Below, in pieces: positions 1 through 7,690 of a stretch of 33,927 bases of DNA. The notes below the pieces were generated by a model, which was not told where the DNA came from, did not search any database, and worked only from the letters and a program-made list of their open reading frames with translations. The position numbers and the translations under genes are program-made. The DNA lies in the IMG/VR virus record IMGVR_UViG_3300002307_000144, positions 1 through 33,927 of that record; one strand, written 5' to 3'. Each line of letters begins with the position of its first letter. Within the stretch, counting starts at the first letter, position 1. The stretch comes from a virus (taxonomy: Duplodnaviria > Caudoviricetes).

Positions 1-596
1 TAATTAAATTCGTTTTCTGTTATTAGAGCATGCTTACTTAATAACATAACTCCGTTGTATTTGTCTTCATTTAAGAACACATGATTTATATTCCTATCAT
101 AGTTATTAGATCTATCAATATATAAATCGAATTTAAAATCATTTACTGGCTCAACTTCACTAGGTATAACCCAAAACATTTCAGTAACTGTAAGATCAGA
201 TAATGCAGCAATATATTCTCGATAATCGTTAATGCATAAAATAGTCCACGGTACCGGCATACTTGCCTGAATATCAACTTCTTTCTTGTTGTTAACAAAA
301 AATCGATGCTGTATTTCTCGCTCACTCGGTATATTATTTTTTGAAAATAGGCATACTCCGTCAAATTGGCAACCATTACGAAATACATGAGTATATTTCT
401 CGTCCCACACTGGAACTACATAATCAAAATTAAAATTAGGATCAATGATTAGATCGTCCCATACAACCCAAAACATCTTTGTAAATGTCTTCTTAACTGC
501 ATTCTCAAACGTATCAGCTTGCTTGATCAACGGAAATTTCTTTTTTAAAGTATTCCACTCATTATTATTTTTACCAACAAATACAATATCATACAT
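1..596 (-). CDS. Glycosyltransferase-like repeat protein, 5' part only (continues past left edge; absent from ORF track)
   Basis: Manual translation from ATG at 596 is open to position 1: MYDIVFVGKNNNEWNTLKKKFPLIKQADTFENAVKKTFTKMFWVVWDDLIIDPNFNFDY... It overlaps the upstream stop by 8 nt (ATGTATGA). The N-terminal YDIVF and the MFWVVWDD segment parallel DVIFLSY and EYFVTVDAD of the adjacent GT2-like gene. Internal repeat of 99 codons. Confidence 0.8.
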   Translation of the reverse strand, partial: MYDIVFVGKNNNEWNTLKKKFPLIKQADTFENAVKKTFTKMFWVVWDDLIIDPNFNFDYVVPVWDEKYTHVFRNGCQFDGVCLFSKNNIPSEREIQHRFFVNNKKEVDIQASMPVPWTILCINDYREYIAALSDLTVTEMFWVIPSEVEPVNDFKFDLYIDRSNNYDRNINHVFLNEDKYNGVMLLSKHALITENEFN

Positions 597-1491
597 AACG
601 TTTTCTAATTATCCTCGGAGTATTATTATAAACTTGCTTAAAAAATGCCGAACCGTAGGGGTCAATATCGGAGATCTCTAACCCACACTCATTTCTTATT
701 GTATGCCCTAAACTTGAAATCTCATACGGTAACATTTCGTCAGACACTGTGTTATACTTGTTATTCCACTGCTCGGTTAACCAATCAAAGTCTCTTACTA
801 AACTATAATCCCAATCGGTACAATTAGTTAAATACGCACCTTCGCGGGCGCCATACATTGACCATAATCCATTTTCAACATCTGCACCAATATTAGACCA
901 AATGAGCAATCGTTGATAATTTTGCCACCATACCGTTTTAATGTCCGTTACCTTTGCGCCTTGATCAAGACTCATTTTTACACCTTCACGGAATCCTGCT
1001 CTAAAAGCCTGAAACGGACTAGCATTAGTGTAACTTACAGAATAATTCTCGTTAAACTGATAATATCGATGATCGAAACAAAACTCCACTTTTCCTTTGA
1101 CATCATCGGGATCAGAATTTTCATGTGTTTTCATTTCATTAACAAACTTACGTGTCCACAATTTAAGCCCGCCATTGCCATACATAAGCCCGTTAACATG
1201 TACTTTTCCGCACCAACTAAAAACGTGATCCGGTGTTAAATTTAATTCATCTAAATCAATTTCTACTTTTAAAAAATCTGGATCAATAATATTATCAGCA
1301 TCGACTGTGACAAAATATTCTGTTTCACTCAATGCAGCACACGCCTTATGGGCAGAATCGCTTCCCTTAACGCCATGAACTCGTTTAGCCCAAGGTAACT
1401 TAGACAATAAATCTGCATAATTTTTTTCTGCATTTGGTTCGTCGTAACTAAGGAAAATTACATCTTGATCAATAATCTTTATCTTGTTCAT
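589..1491 (-). CDS. Phage glycosyltransferase-like protein (GT-A fold, GT2-like)
   Basis: 300 aa. N-terminal strand VIFLSYDEPNA, helix HKACAALS, then YFVTVDADN (DxD at ~1294-1302), NGLMYGNGGLKLW and FQAFRAGFREGVKM. This is the layout of nucleotide-diphospho-sugar transferases. Confidence 0.75.
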   Translation of the reverse strand: MNKIKIIDQDVIFLSYDEPNAEKNYADLLSKLPWAKRVHGVKGSDSAHKACAALSETEYFVTVDADNIIDPDFLKVEIDLDELNLTPDHVFSWCGKVHVNGLMYGNGGLKLWTRKFVNEMKTHENSDPDDVKGKVEFCFDHRYYQFNENYSVSYTNASPFQAFRAGFREGVKMSLDQGAKVTDIKTVWWQNYQRLLIWSNIGADVENGLWSMYGAREGAYLTNCTDWDYSLVRDFDWLTEQWNNKYNTVSDEMLPYEISSLGHTIRNECGLEISDIDPYGSAFFKQVYNNTPRIIRKRYV

Positions 1492-2104
1492 AAACTTTTA
1501 AATTATAAGATTTAAATATATTAACAGTTGATATCGAAATAGAATTTTTCTTGTTCTCATAGTTGCTGTTAAATGGTTCTTTGACATCATACGAAAATAA
1601 ATCTCTTGATCTAATTTCGATTGTGCGAACTAAAAAATCAAAATCATTTTCTAATGTTACAAAAAACAAAAATGTTTCGTCATACATTTTAGGAAAAGTT
1701 TGTTTAGATCCTTGACTTATTGAAAACTCCCAACAGGAATTAATTCCATTATATATTACTGTTAGATCAGCATCGTCATCGAAATTTTCTCTAATATGAA
1801 TTAAATCATTATTTTTAAAATCATATTTCGGTGCATACTTTGTAACTAGTTGCGTTTTAAAAACTCCTTCAGAAGTTTCGACTATTGCAACTATATAGTC
1901 ATGCCAATTCTTCTCGCCGTTAAAAAATCCAGCAATATCATCGTGGCTAACTTCAATAACATTCTCAAAATTAGTATCAACTTCATTAGTTATAGACAAT
2001 ATCTGCCCTGTTTTATTATTATAATAAACATAATACCCCAGTATAATAGGGGACGGAAGTTCAATAATTACTGCCTTAACTATTTTCTTTTTTTTACGGG
2101 ACAT
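1469..2104 (-). CDS. Hypothetical protein within the glycosyltransferase cassette
   Basis: 211-aa ORF with a GGAGG Shine-Dalgarno upstream. Overlaps both neighbours. Basic N-terminus (MSRKKKK), acidic and beta-rich body, no recognised family. Confidence 0.8.
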   Translation of the reverse strand: MSRKKKKIVKAVIIELPSPIILGYYVYYNNKTGQILSITNEVDTNFENVIEVSHDDIAGFFNGEKNWHDYIVAIVETSEGVFKTQLVTKYAPKYDFKNNDLIHIRENFDDDADLTVIYNGINSCWEFSISQGSKQTFPKMYDETFLFFVTLENDFDFLVRTIEIRSRDLFSYDVKEPFNSNYENKKNSISISTVNIFKSYNLKVYEQDKDY

Positions 2105-2936
2105 TTACTAGTTCCTCCAATTGTGCAATAATTGAATCTGATAAAAACTTATCTTCTACATAATGGAATAACTTTGATTGTTTAATATTACCCACAATTA
2201 ATTCGTGTTTATTATTAAAAACAAAAGGAACTGCATTCATCCACGATATAAAATCTACATCCCAATTTTGAATTTTTGGCTTCATATGAACAAATTCCAA
2301 AGGAGAATACTCGTCAATGCTCGAATCGTAATTTCCTGTAATCTCAATTGCGATTGCTGTTGCTAAATCCATACTTAACCAATCTTGATACAATTTTGGT
2401 GAAAATGTAGTGTAACACCATTCCCAGTTATTGCATACAAATTCCAATACTTTATAAAATTCATATGCCGCGTCATTTTTCTTAAAGTAATGTAAAGCGT
2501 AATACGGGCTAGTTAATGAATTTTCTACAAATGTCCTTCGGTAAAATGTATCTTTAACTACCTCAAGTTTATGATTTTTAATTCTCGAACAAAATTTTAT
2601 ATCGTAATTACTGCAATAGTCCCACCAATATGTAATGTCTTCAAGAAGAAGCATATCAGAATCTAGTACAATTGTTTCTTCGTACGGAGTTGAATGATAC
2701 AATTTCCATCTATTTTCTGCTCTAAATCGGGAATCGTTTGATTGGTCTCCCCAAGGTATTTCTATAACTTCGTCAAATACCGATCTATATTTCTCTAAAA
2801 TTGTATCATTACTGACTATCGAAACATTAGTAATTTCTGTTTGACTGTTTTTAATAGAAAGTGCCAATGCGTAGGCCTGTCTAACATAATCTGTATCTTC
2901 AGTATTTTGTGCATAAATTAAGAATCCTTTAGACAC
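2094..2936 (-). CDS. GT-A glycosyltransferase-like protein (GT8/mannosyltransferase-like), paralogue B
   Basis: GFLIYAQN...DYVRQAYALALSIK...VSIVSND...FDEVI...TPYEETIVLDSDM (DxD ~2655-2663)...FVHMK...LFHY. The ORF track starts at 2948. GTG at 2936 follows GGAGGT and gives MSKGFL, matching the paralogue's MSNGAL. Confidence 0.75.
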   Translation of the reverse strand: MSKGFLIYAQNTEDTDYVRQAYALALSIKNSQTEITNVSIVSNDTILEKYRSVFDEVIEIPWGDQSNDSRFRAENRWKLYHSTPYEETIVLDSDMLLLEDITYWWDYCSNYDIKFCSRIKNHKLEVVKDTFYRRTFVENSLTSPYYALHYFKKNDAAYEFYKVLEFVCNNWEWCYTTFSPKLYQDWLSMDLATAIAIEITGNYDSSIDEYSPLEFVHMKPKIQNWDVDFISWMNAVPFVFNNKHELIVGNIKQSKLFHYVEDKFLSDSIIAQLEELVNVP

Positions 2937-3774
2937 CATTACCTCCATCTACATATCTGAGTAAACTTGTTTTGTTCATCACATGCACATCAAGTCCGTT
3001 GGTTTTTGCTGTAATATATTCACCAAGATAATCTTGTTTTTCGATTAAAAAGTTCATCGATTCATCCGTCATTGATATCAATAAATCTGTATCAAGAATA
3101 TATGTCATTTTTCCCGGAAGTTCGGTAGCAAACTCGCCATTGGTTTTACCATTCATAATATGAATTGCAATACTAAATGCATAGTCATTTCTAAATAACG
3201 GGTATTCAATATTGTATAATATTCTAAAATATCTCCAATTTAATTTAATGTATTCAATTAAATTAAATAATGCTTCTGTCACAGCATCTTTCCGGAAGAC
3301 AAAGACAGTTGCCCAATAAAACGGAATCGAATATTGATTTATTCTCTCATAAGCAACTCGATTTCTCCAATCTGCGAGATCAAAACTTTTACGATAAATT
3401 TGAAACGAGTCATCTCGTTCGAATGCCAAATTGAGTATCGGAGAATTAATAATAAAATCAGAATCTACTACTAATGTAGTATCATATGGAGATAATGAAT
3501 ATGCATTATTGCGTGTGGTATTCTTCCACTCGTATTTGTTTGACGATAAGGTGCCATCATGATATCGTTTTAACATATGCGGTTCGGAATTTAATTTAAT
3601 TATTTGATCGAACCCATGATCTGGAAATTCAGCAGTCAAATAATCAATATCAGAGGTAATAATACTGACCGGAATATCGAGGTACTTTTTTATACGAGAT
3701 GCACAAAAAATTGCCATCTTTACATAGTCAATTCCTTGATTATTATGGGCAAAAATTAACGCACCGTTGCTCAT
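2929..3774 (-). CDS. GT-A glycosyltransferase-like protein (GT8/mannosyltransferase-like), paralogue A
   Basis: 281 aa. GALIFAHN...DYVKMAIFCASRIK...VSIITSD...FDQII...SPYDTTLVVDSDF (DxD ~3457-3465)...RNDYAFSIA...VHVMNK. ATGA overlap with the upstream gene. Confidence 0.75.
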   Translation of the reverse strand: MSNGALIFAHNNQGIDYVKMAIFCASRIKKYLDIPVSIITSDIDYLTAEFPDHGFDQIIKLNSEPHMLKRYHDGTLSSNKYEWKNTTRNNAYSLSPYDTTLVVDSDFIINSPILNLAFERDDSFQIYRKSFDLADWRNRVAYERINQYSIPFYWATVFVFRKDAVTEALFNLIEYIKLNWRYFRILYNIEYPLFRNDYAFSIAIHIMNGKTNGEFATELPGKMTYILDTDLLISMTDESMNFLIEKQDYLGEYITAKTNGLDVHVMNKTSLLRYVDGGNGV

Positions 3775-4121
3775 AAATCAACAATATCCTGTACACTTCT
3801 CTTATTTTTGATATCAGCATACTTTACCGAATAATCATTAACAGATTGGAAATATACACTCACAATATCATCAAAAAATACCTGAACATCATTAATTATG
3901 ACAGGAAAAGTGTTCGAATCAATGAACGAAACATCATCAGTATGTCCCATTTCCAGTGTCATTTTTGTAAATGATATTAATTCTGGCGTGATATTAAATG
4001 TACCACCATTGATATAATAAACTAATTTTTGTTTAAATTCTTCTAATAAAATTCGACGTTGGTTTGACAACGTAGCCATATAATTAGCTACATCAAATGC
4101 TTTTTCGATTCGTTCATCCAT
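3771..4121 (-). CDS. Small hypothetical protein, possibly tail-fibre assembly chaperone-like
   Basis: 116 aa with a GAGG SD. Pattern helix-(YINGGTFNI)-helix-(FIDSNTFPVII)-long helix loosely recalls DUF4376-type proteins found after fibre genes. Position fits, but the function call is weak. Confidence 0.6.
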   Translation of the reverse strand: MDERIEKAFDVANYMATLSNQRRILLEEFKQKLVYYINGGTFNITPELISFTKMTLEMGHTDDVSFIDSNTFPVIINDVQVFFDDIVSVYFQSVNDYSVKYADIKNKRSVQDIVDL

Positions 4122-4148
4122 TGGTAACCTCAGCAGTTTTTACTACTT

Positions 4149-4156
4149 TAGTTATC
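4149..4156 (-). promoter_or_regulatory. Putative late-promoter variant GATAACTA
   Basis: Intergenic, 27 nt upstream of the 116-aa gene. One mismatch to the GATAAATA found in other gaps. Confidence 0.4.
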
Positions 4157-4171
4157 TATGTATATTATGAT

Positions 4172-5155
4172 TTAGACAAAAGATGAATTAGATGCAGTTG
4201 GGCCGATTACAGAAACATATGAGCCTGATGATCTTGTATATGCTACAGTGCTTGTAACAGTACTATCAACTAACTCATTTGCATGGTTCGATGTATCTTC
4301 AAATATAATTTGAAATATAATCTGCGAAGGATTTGAAGCTACGTTGACTTTTGCATTTACAATATAACGATTTGGATAATATGTTGAACCATAATTTCCG
4401 CAGATAGATGTTAAAATTGTTTGATATGATGTAGTTAGCGTGTTGAACCCGATTCCTGATGAAAGATAAACTGTTTGGCTCGGACCGCTAGTATAATTAG
4501 TATTAGTACATGTTGTCGAATTATAATTTAAATAGATAGTCCCAACTCTATTAAAAACTACCTGCCATGATATATCTAATGCCGTTGAACCATCATTTGT
4601 AGACAGTCCGCCGCCAATTATAGATGGGGTAATTTCAATTCTACTTCCAGTGTTAAAAAAATATCTAGCACAGTCAGCTGCCGTAACAGGAATACTTTGA
4701 CTATTAGTATACGATGGGAAATTTACTGTTACAGTATGTTTAGTATTTCCTTTCCAATTAGTTTTCGAAGGTGCATCGATTATAGTACCGGAATATTGAC
4801 CAGCAGCAGGAAAAGCTAATCTGTTTATGTTTAAGTTAATTGCAGTGACAATGTCGTTATATAATTTATAATCTGCCTGTGTTATTTCTTGAGTTTTCGA
4901 AGGCACACTTGGAAGTTGAAGACTCAATCCCTGATGATAATAACATGCTAACATATCATTTCGTAATGCTGTCCACTGGGCAGCAGTAATTTCAGTATAC
5001 GGTGTTGTCTGGGTGCTAGTTACCTGCTGCCCATAACCATACAATAAACTAATATCAGTAGCAGGTATAGTAGCGTAAGAACCAGATCCTTGCCCCAATA
5101 TACTTGCAATTGTTCCGTGTAATGCGTTGTAATCTGCTGCTCGAATATTTCCCAT
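4172..5155 (-). CDS. Virion structural / tail-fibre-associated protein, paralogue 2 (Ser/Thr-rich)
   Basis: 327 aa with GAGGT SD. Colinear with 5168..6109 (YGYGQ, WTALRxDMLxCYYH, AFPAAGQYSGTI, RYFFNxGxRIEI, SGSYVSV). Lies in the tail operon. Confidence 0.7.
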   Translation of the reverse strand: MGNIRAADYNALHGTIASILGQGSGSYATIPATDISLLYGYGQQVTSTQTTPYTEITAAQWTALRNDMLACYYHQGLSLQLPSVPSKTQEITQADYKLYNDIVTAINLNINRLAFPAAGQYSGTIIDAPSKTNWKGNTKHTVTVNFPSYTNSQSIPVTAADCARYFFNTGSRIEITPSIIGGGLSTNDGSTALDISWQVVFNRVGTIYLNYNSTTCTNTNYTSGPSQTVYLSSGIGFNTLTTSYQTILTSICGNYGSTYYPNRYIVNAKVNVASNPSQIIFQIIFEDTSNHANELVDSTVTSTVAYTRSSGSYVSVIGPTASNSSFV

Positions 5156-5167
5156 ATACGACCTCTA

Positions 5168-6109
5168 TTATGTAAATGATGATGTTGTTAATGTCGGTGG
5201 TGTAACCGACACATATGATCCCGAAGCTCTTGTATATGAAATTGTACTTGTTATTGTACTATCAACAGGTTCTTTAATTGCCCAGGTCGATGATCCTGTC
5301 CCGAGAGACGAATCAGAAAATGTAATTTGATACAAAATTGCAGTCGGGTTAGGAGTTATATCAACTTTTGCAGCAATTTGATATTGATTCGGATAGTATG
5401 TTCCCCCGCTCGGAGTTGCTGATGTTACTATTGTTTGAAAAGAGGTAGTTAATTGATATGCACCGATCGAGCTAGCTACCGTTACTGACTGTCCAGGGCC
5501 GCTTGTATACGTTGTATTAGTAACTTCAGACGAATTATAATACAAATATGCTGTGCCCATACGATTAAAAATAGTTTGCCATGATAAATCCAATGATGTA
5601 GATGCATCCGGCGAGGTTAGCCCTCCACCGACAATAGTCGGAGCGATTTCAATTCTTCCTCCAGAATTGAAAAAATACCTAAATGCATTAGCTGACCCAA
5701 AACTTACTGTTGCAATATGAGTGTGAGTACCCCAGCTCATATTAGTGATAGTTGGATTATTTAAAATTGTGCCGCTATATTGTCCGGCAGCAGGAAATGC
5801 TTGAGGTGTTGCACTAATAGCAGTTACAATTGCACTATACAGACTAAAATCACTATAAGTAACTTTATTCGAAGTAGTCGGAATCGAAGGTATTGTTTGA
5901 CTTAACCCCAAATGATAATAACAGTTTAACATATCTGTCCTTAATGCAGTCCAATTAGAAATTGCAATCTTGTTAGTTGTACTGACTTGAAAACTAGTAA
6001 CTGTTTGACCGTAACCAAGCGTCTCTGCCCCAGTTCCTAATATATTTGAAACCGTAGTCTGAAGTCCATTAAAATCAGTTGCTAATACCTTTGTTCCTTG
6101 TGCTGCCAT
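5168..6109 (-). CDS. Virion structural / tail-fibre-associated protein, paralogue 1 (Ser/Thr-rich)
   Basis: 313 aa. Full-length similarity to 4172..5155. Very T/S/G-rich and poor in charged residues. Confidence 0.7.
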   Translation of the reverse strand: MAAQGTKVLATDFNGLQTTVSNILGTGAETLGYGQTVTSFQVSTTNKIAISNWTALRTDMLNCYYHLGLSQTIPSIPTTSNKVTYSDFSLYSAIVTAISATPQAFPAAGQYSGTILNNPTITNMSWGTHTHIATVSFGSANAFRYFFNSGGRIEIAPTIVGGGLTSPDASTSLDLSWQTIFNRMGTAYLYYNSSEVTNTTYTSGPGQSVTVASSIGAYQLTTSFQTIVTSATPSGGTYYPNQYQIAAKVDITPNPTAILYQITFSDSSLGTGSSTWAIKEPVDSTITSTISYTRASGSYVSVTPPTLTTSSFT

Positions 6110-6136
6110 TCGCTACCCTTAATATGTAATACTTAA

Positions 6137-6144
6137 TACTTATA
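6137..6144 (-). promoter_or_regulatory. Putative late-promoter variant TATAAGTA
   Basis: Intergenic. One mismatch to the T4 late consensus TATAAATA. A second TAAGTA follows immediately. Confidence 0.4.
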
Positions 6145-6145
6145 A

Positions 6146-7645
6146 TTAAAGTATTAAACATTCAACAAGTTTGACAGCCTGCTCGTTATTATCTTCTAAT
6201 GCAATTGCAAAAACGTCAGGTGATTGCAAATCTGCGACAGCTGCACTTCCATGCCCTCCCGCAAATAATCGGTTTCCTTTTTTAACTCGTCCAACAACTT
6301 TACATGGAACACGACCCTTCAATGCAATAAATGTGCCGCCTTCTAACTCTGAGTTCATCATGTACGCCGGATTTGCACTAACTGCACCGACTGCACGATG
6401 CCCGGGTTGACATGCAGTTACTTCCTTTTCACCGCCTACCATTACTACTGTTCCAACTTCGTAATCAACATCAGTAAGATACTTTTCTGCTAAGTCTGCG
6501 TAATTAGCACTAGTAGCAGTACCGACAAAATATGTACCTACAATTGCACCTGCGGTGACAGTGACACCGTTAATCGACTGGTCGGTAGTTGTTCTTGCGA
6601 CAATTGTGCCCGGAGTAGATGTAAGAGATGCCGCTGCCGAACCAGTACCTAATGTTAGTGTGCTTGCTTGAGTCGCCAACCCATTAAATGTAACGGCGTT
6701 AACTGTAGAAAATCTCAACAAATTAGTGCCTAAACTAGACACATTATCAGCGCCCGGCAAAATATTTGCTCCCACAAGCTGCATCGGTGTTACTGTAGCA
6801 GAACCCACCTTTGTTTCAAAATTAATTGTATCGTTTAAAAGATTTTGAATAGTAGGAGTAGTTGCATTTTGATTGTAAATACGAAGTTTTGGTGTATTTC
6901 CTACGGTAAATCCGTCATCGCTAAAATTTACAACAGCATTAAATATTAAATTATCAGTTCTAATATAAGTGTTGGCATCGTACCCACCTAATCGATCTGA
7001 ATCAGTTGCAGTTCCCCAATATCGATAAGTTGTTGTTCTTCCAGGGGCTGCATCATTATTTGTATTAACTAATGTTGTTCCTTGATGAACTTTATTAAAT
7101 CCTGTAATTGGATTTATATTTGCATCTAAACTAAACTCAGCATCTGGGCTAATAATAAATACCGTTTTACCGTTTACAACTGCTGAAATGATAGTATGTG
7201 CTGTTCCGAGCGTATCTCGAACACTCAATGAAACCATTTCAGTGGTTGCAGACCCAGGAACTGCCTGCGGCCCAATCAATACAAATTCAACACCATCCCA
7301 TGCATATAATTGTTTATTTACAGTATCAAACCAAAAATCACCAACTGTTAACCCTGTTGGTTGAATTGCTCCGATTTCTGCACCGCCCGATGTGCGAAAT
7401 TTACTACCATCATAAAATTTCAACTTGCTAGCTGAAGAATCAAACCAAAGCTGGCCTGATAGAGGGCGGGGCGGAGGGGTATTGTTTGCAAAATTTTCTA
7501 ATAAGTAAAGAAAATTTTCATTTTGAGCAGTTCCGTAACCTGCGTAATTCTTACCAACGATAGTGATATCAGTTGTATTATCAACTGTCCCGTCTGGAAT
7601 TACTGAAAGTTGCGCTCCGCTGTATCTGTTAATAGTATATGGCAT
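6146..7645 (-). CDS. Tail fibre/appendage protein with C-terminal intramolecular chaperone (peptidase G2-like autoproteolytic domain)
   Basis: 499 aa. Shared N-module (GKNYAGYG..NENFLYLLENFAN..GQLWFD). C-terminus ATSANYADLAEKY...GTVV...GAVSANPAYMMN...IALKGRVPCKVVGRVKKG resembles the ADxAE-type self-cleaving chaperone of phi29 gp12-like appendages. Confidence 0.75.
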   Translation of the reverse strand: MPYTINRYSGAQLSVIPDGTVDNTTDITIVGKNYAGYGTAQNENFLYLLENFANNTPPPRPLSGQLWFDSSASKLKFYDGSKFRTSGGAEIGAIQPTGLTVGDFWFDTVNKQLYAWDGVEFVLIGPQAVPGSATTEMVSLSVRDTLGTAHTIISAVVNGKTVFIISPDAEFSLDANINPITGFNKVHQGTTLVNTNNDAAPGRTTTYRYWGTATDSDRLGGYDANTYIRTDNLIFNAVVNFSDDGFTVGNTPKLRIYNQNATTPTIQNLLNDTINFETKVGSATVTPMQLVGANILPGADNVSSLGTNLLRFSTVNAVTFNGLATQASTLTLGTGSAAASLTSTPGTIVARTTTDQSINGVTVTAGAIVGTYFVGTATSANYADLAEKYLTDVDYEVGTVVMVGGEKEVTACQPGHRAVGAVSANPAYMMNSELEGGTFIALKGRVPCKVVGRVKKGNRLFAGGHGSAAVADLQSPDVFAIALEDNNEQAVKLVECLIL

Positions 7646-7666
7646 CTTTGTGTCCTACATGTCTAG

Positions 7667-7674
7667 TATTTATT
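7667..7674 (-). promoter_or_regulatory. Putative late promoter AATAAATA
   Basis: Intergenic, 21 nt upstream of ATG 7645, followed by an AGGA SD. Matches the T4 late TATAAATA core. Confidence 0.55.
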
Positions 7675-7690
7675 CTATTTTGGGCAGTTA

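Noticed and set aside
143-388. 81-aa minus-strand ORF in the track
   Set aside because: It lies out of frame inside the longer, coupled 596..<1 gene and has no protein-like features.
2083-2095. Poly-A run (coding strand) as a phase-variation or frameshift site
   Set aside because: It encodes the Lys-rich N-terminus and the overlapping stop in an AT-rich genome. Both frames are intact and there is no supporting evidence of slippage.
4122-4171. Intrinsic terminator between the structural genes and the GT cassette
   Set aside because: No GC-rich hairpin followed by a U-tract on the coding strand was seen here or in the other gaps.
4172-6109. Diversity-generating retroelement template/variable repeat pair
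   Set aside because: Similarity covers two whole intact genes with indels and general divergence. I saw no near-identical ~100-bp pair with adenine-specific mismatches, and there is no reverse transcriptase in the window.
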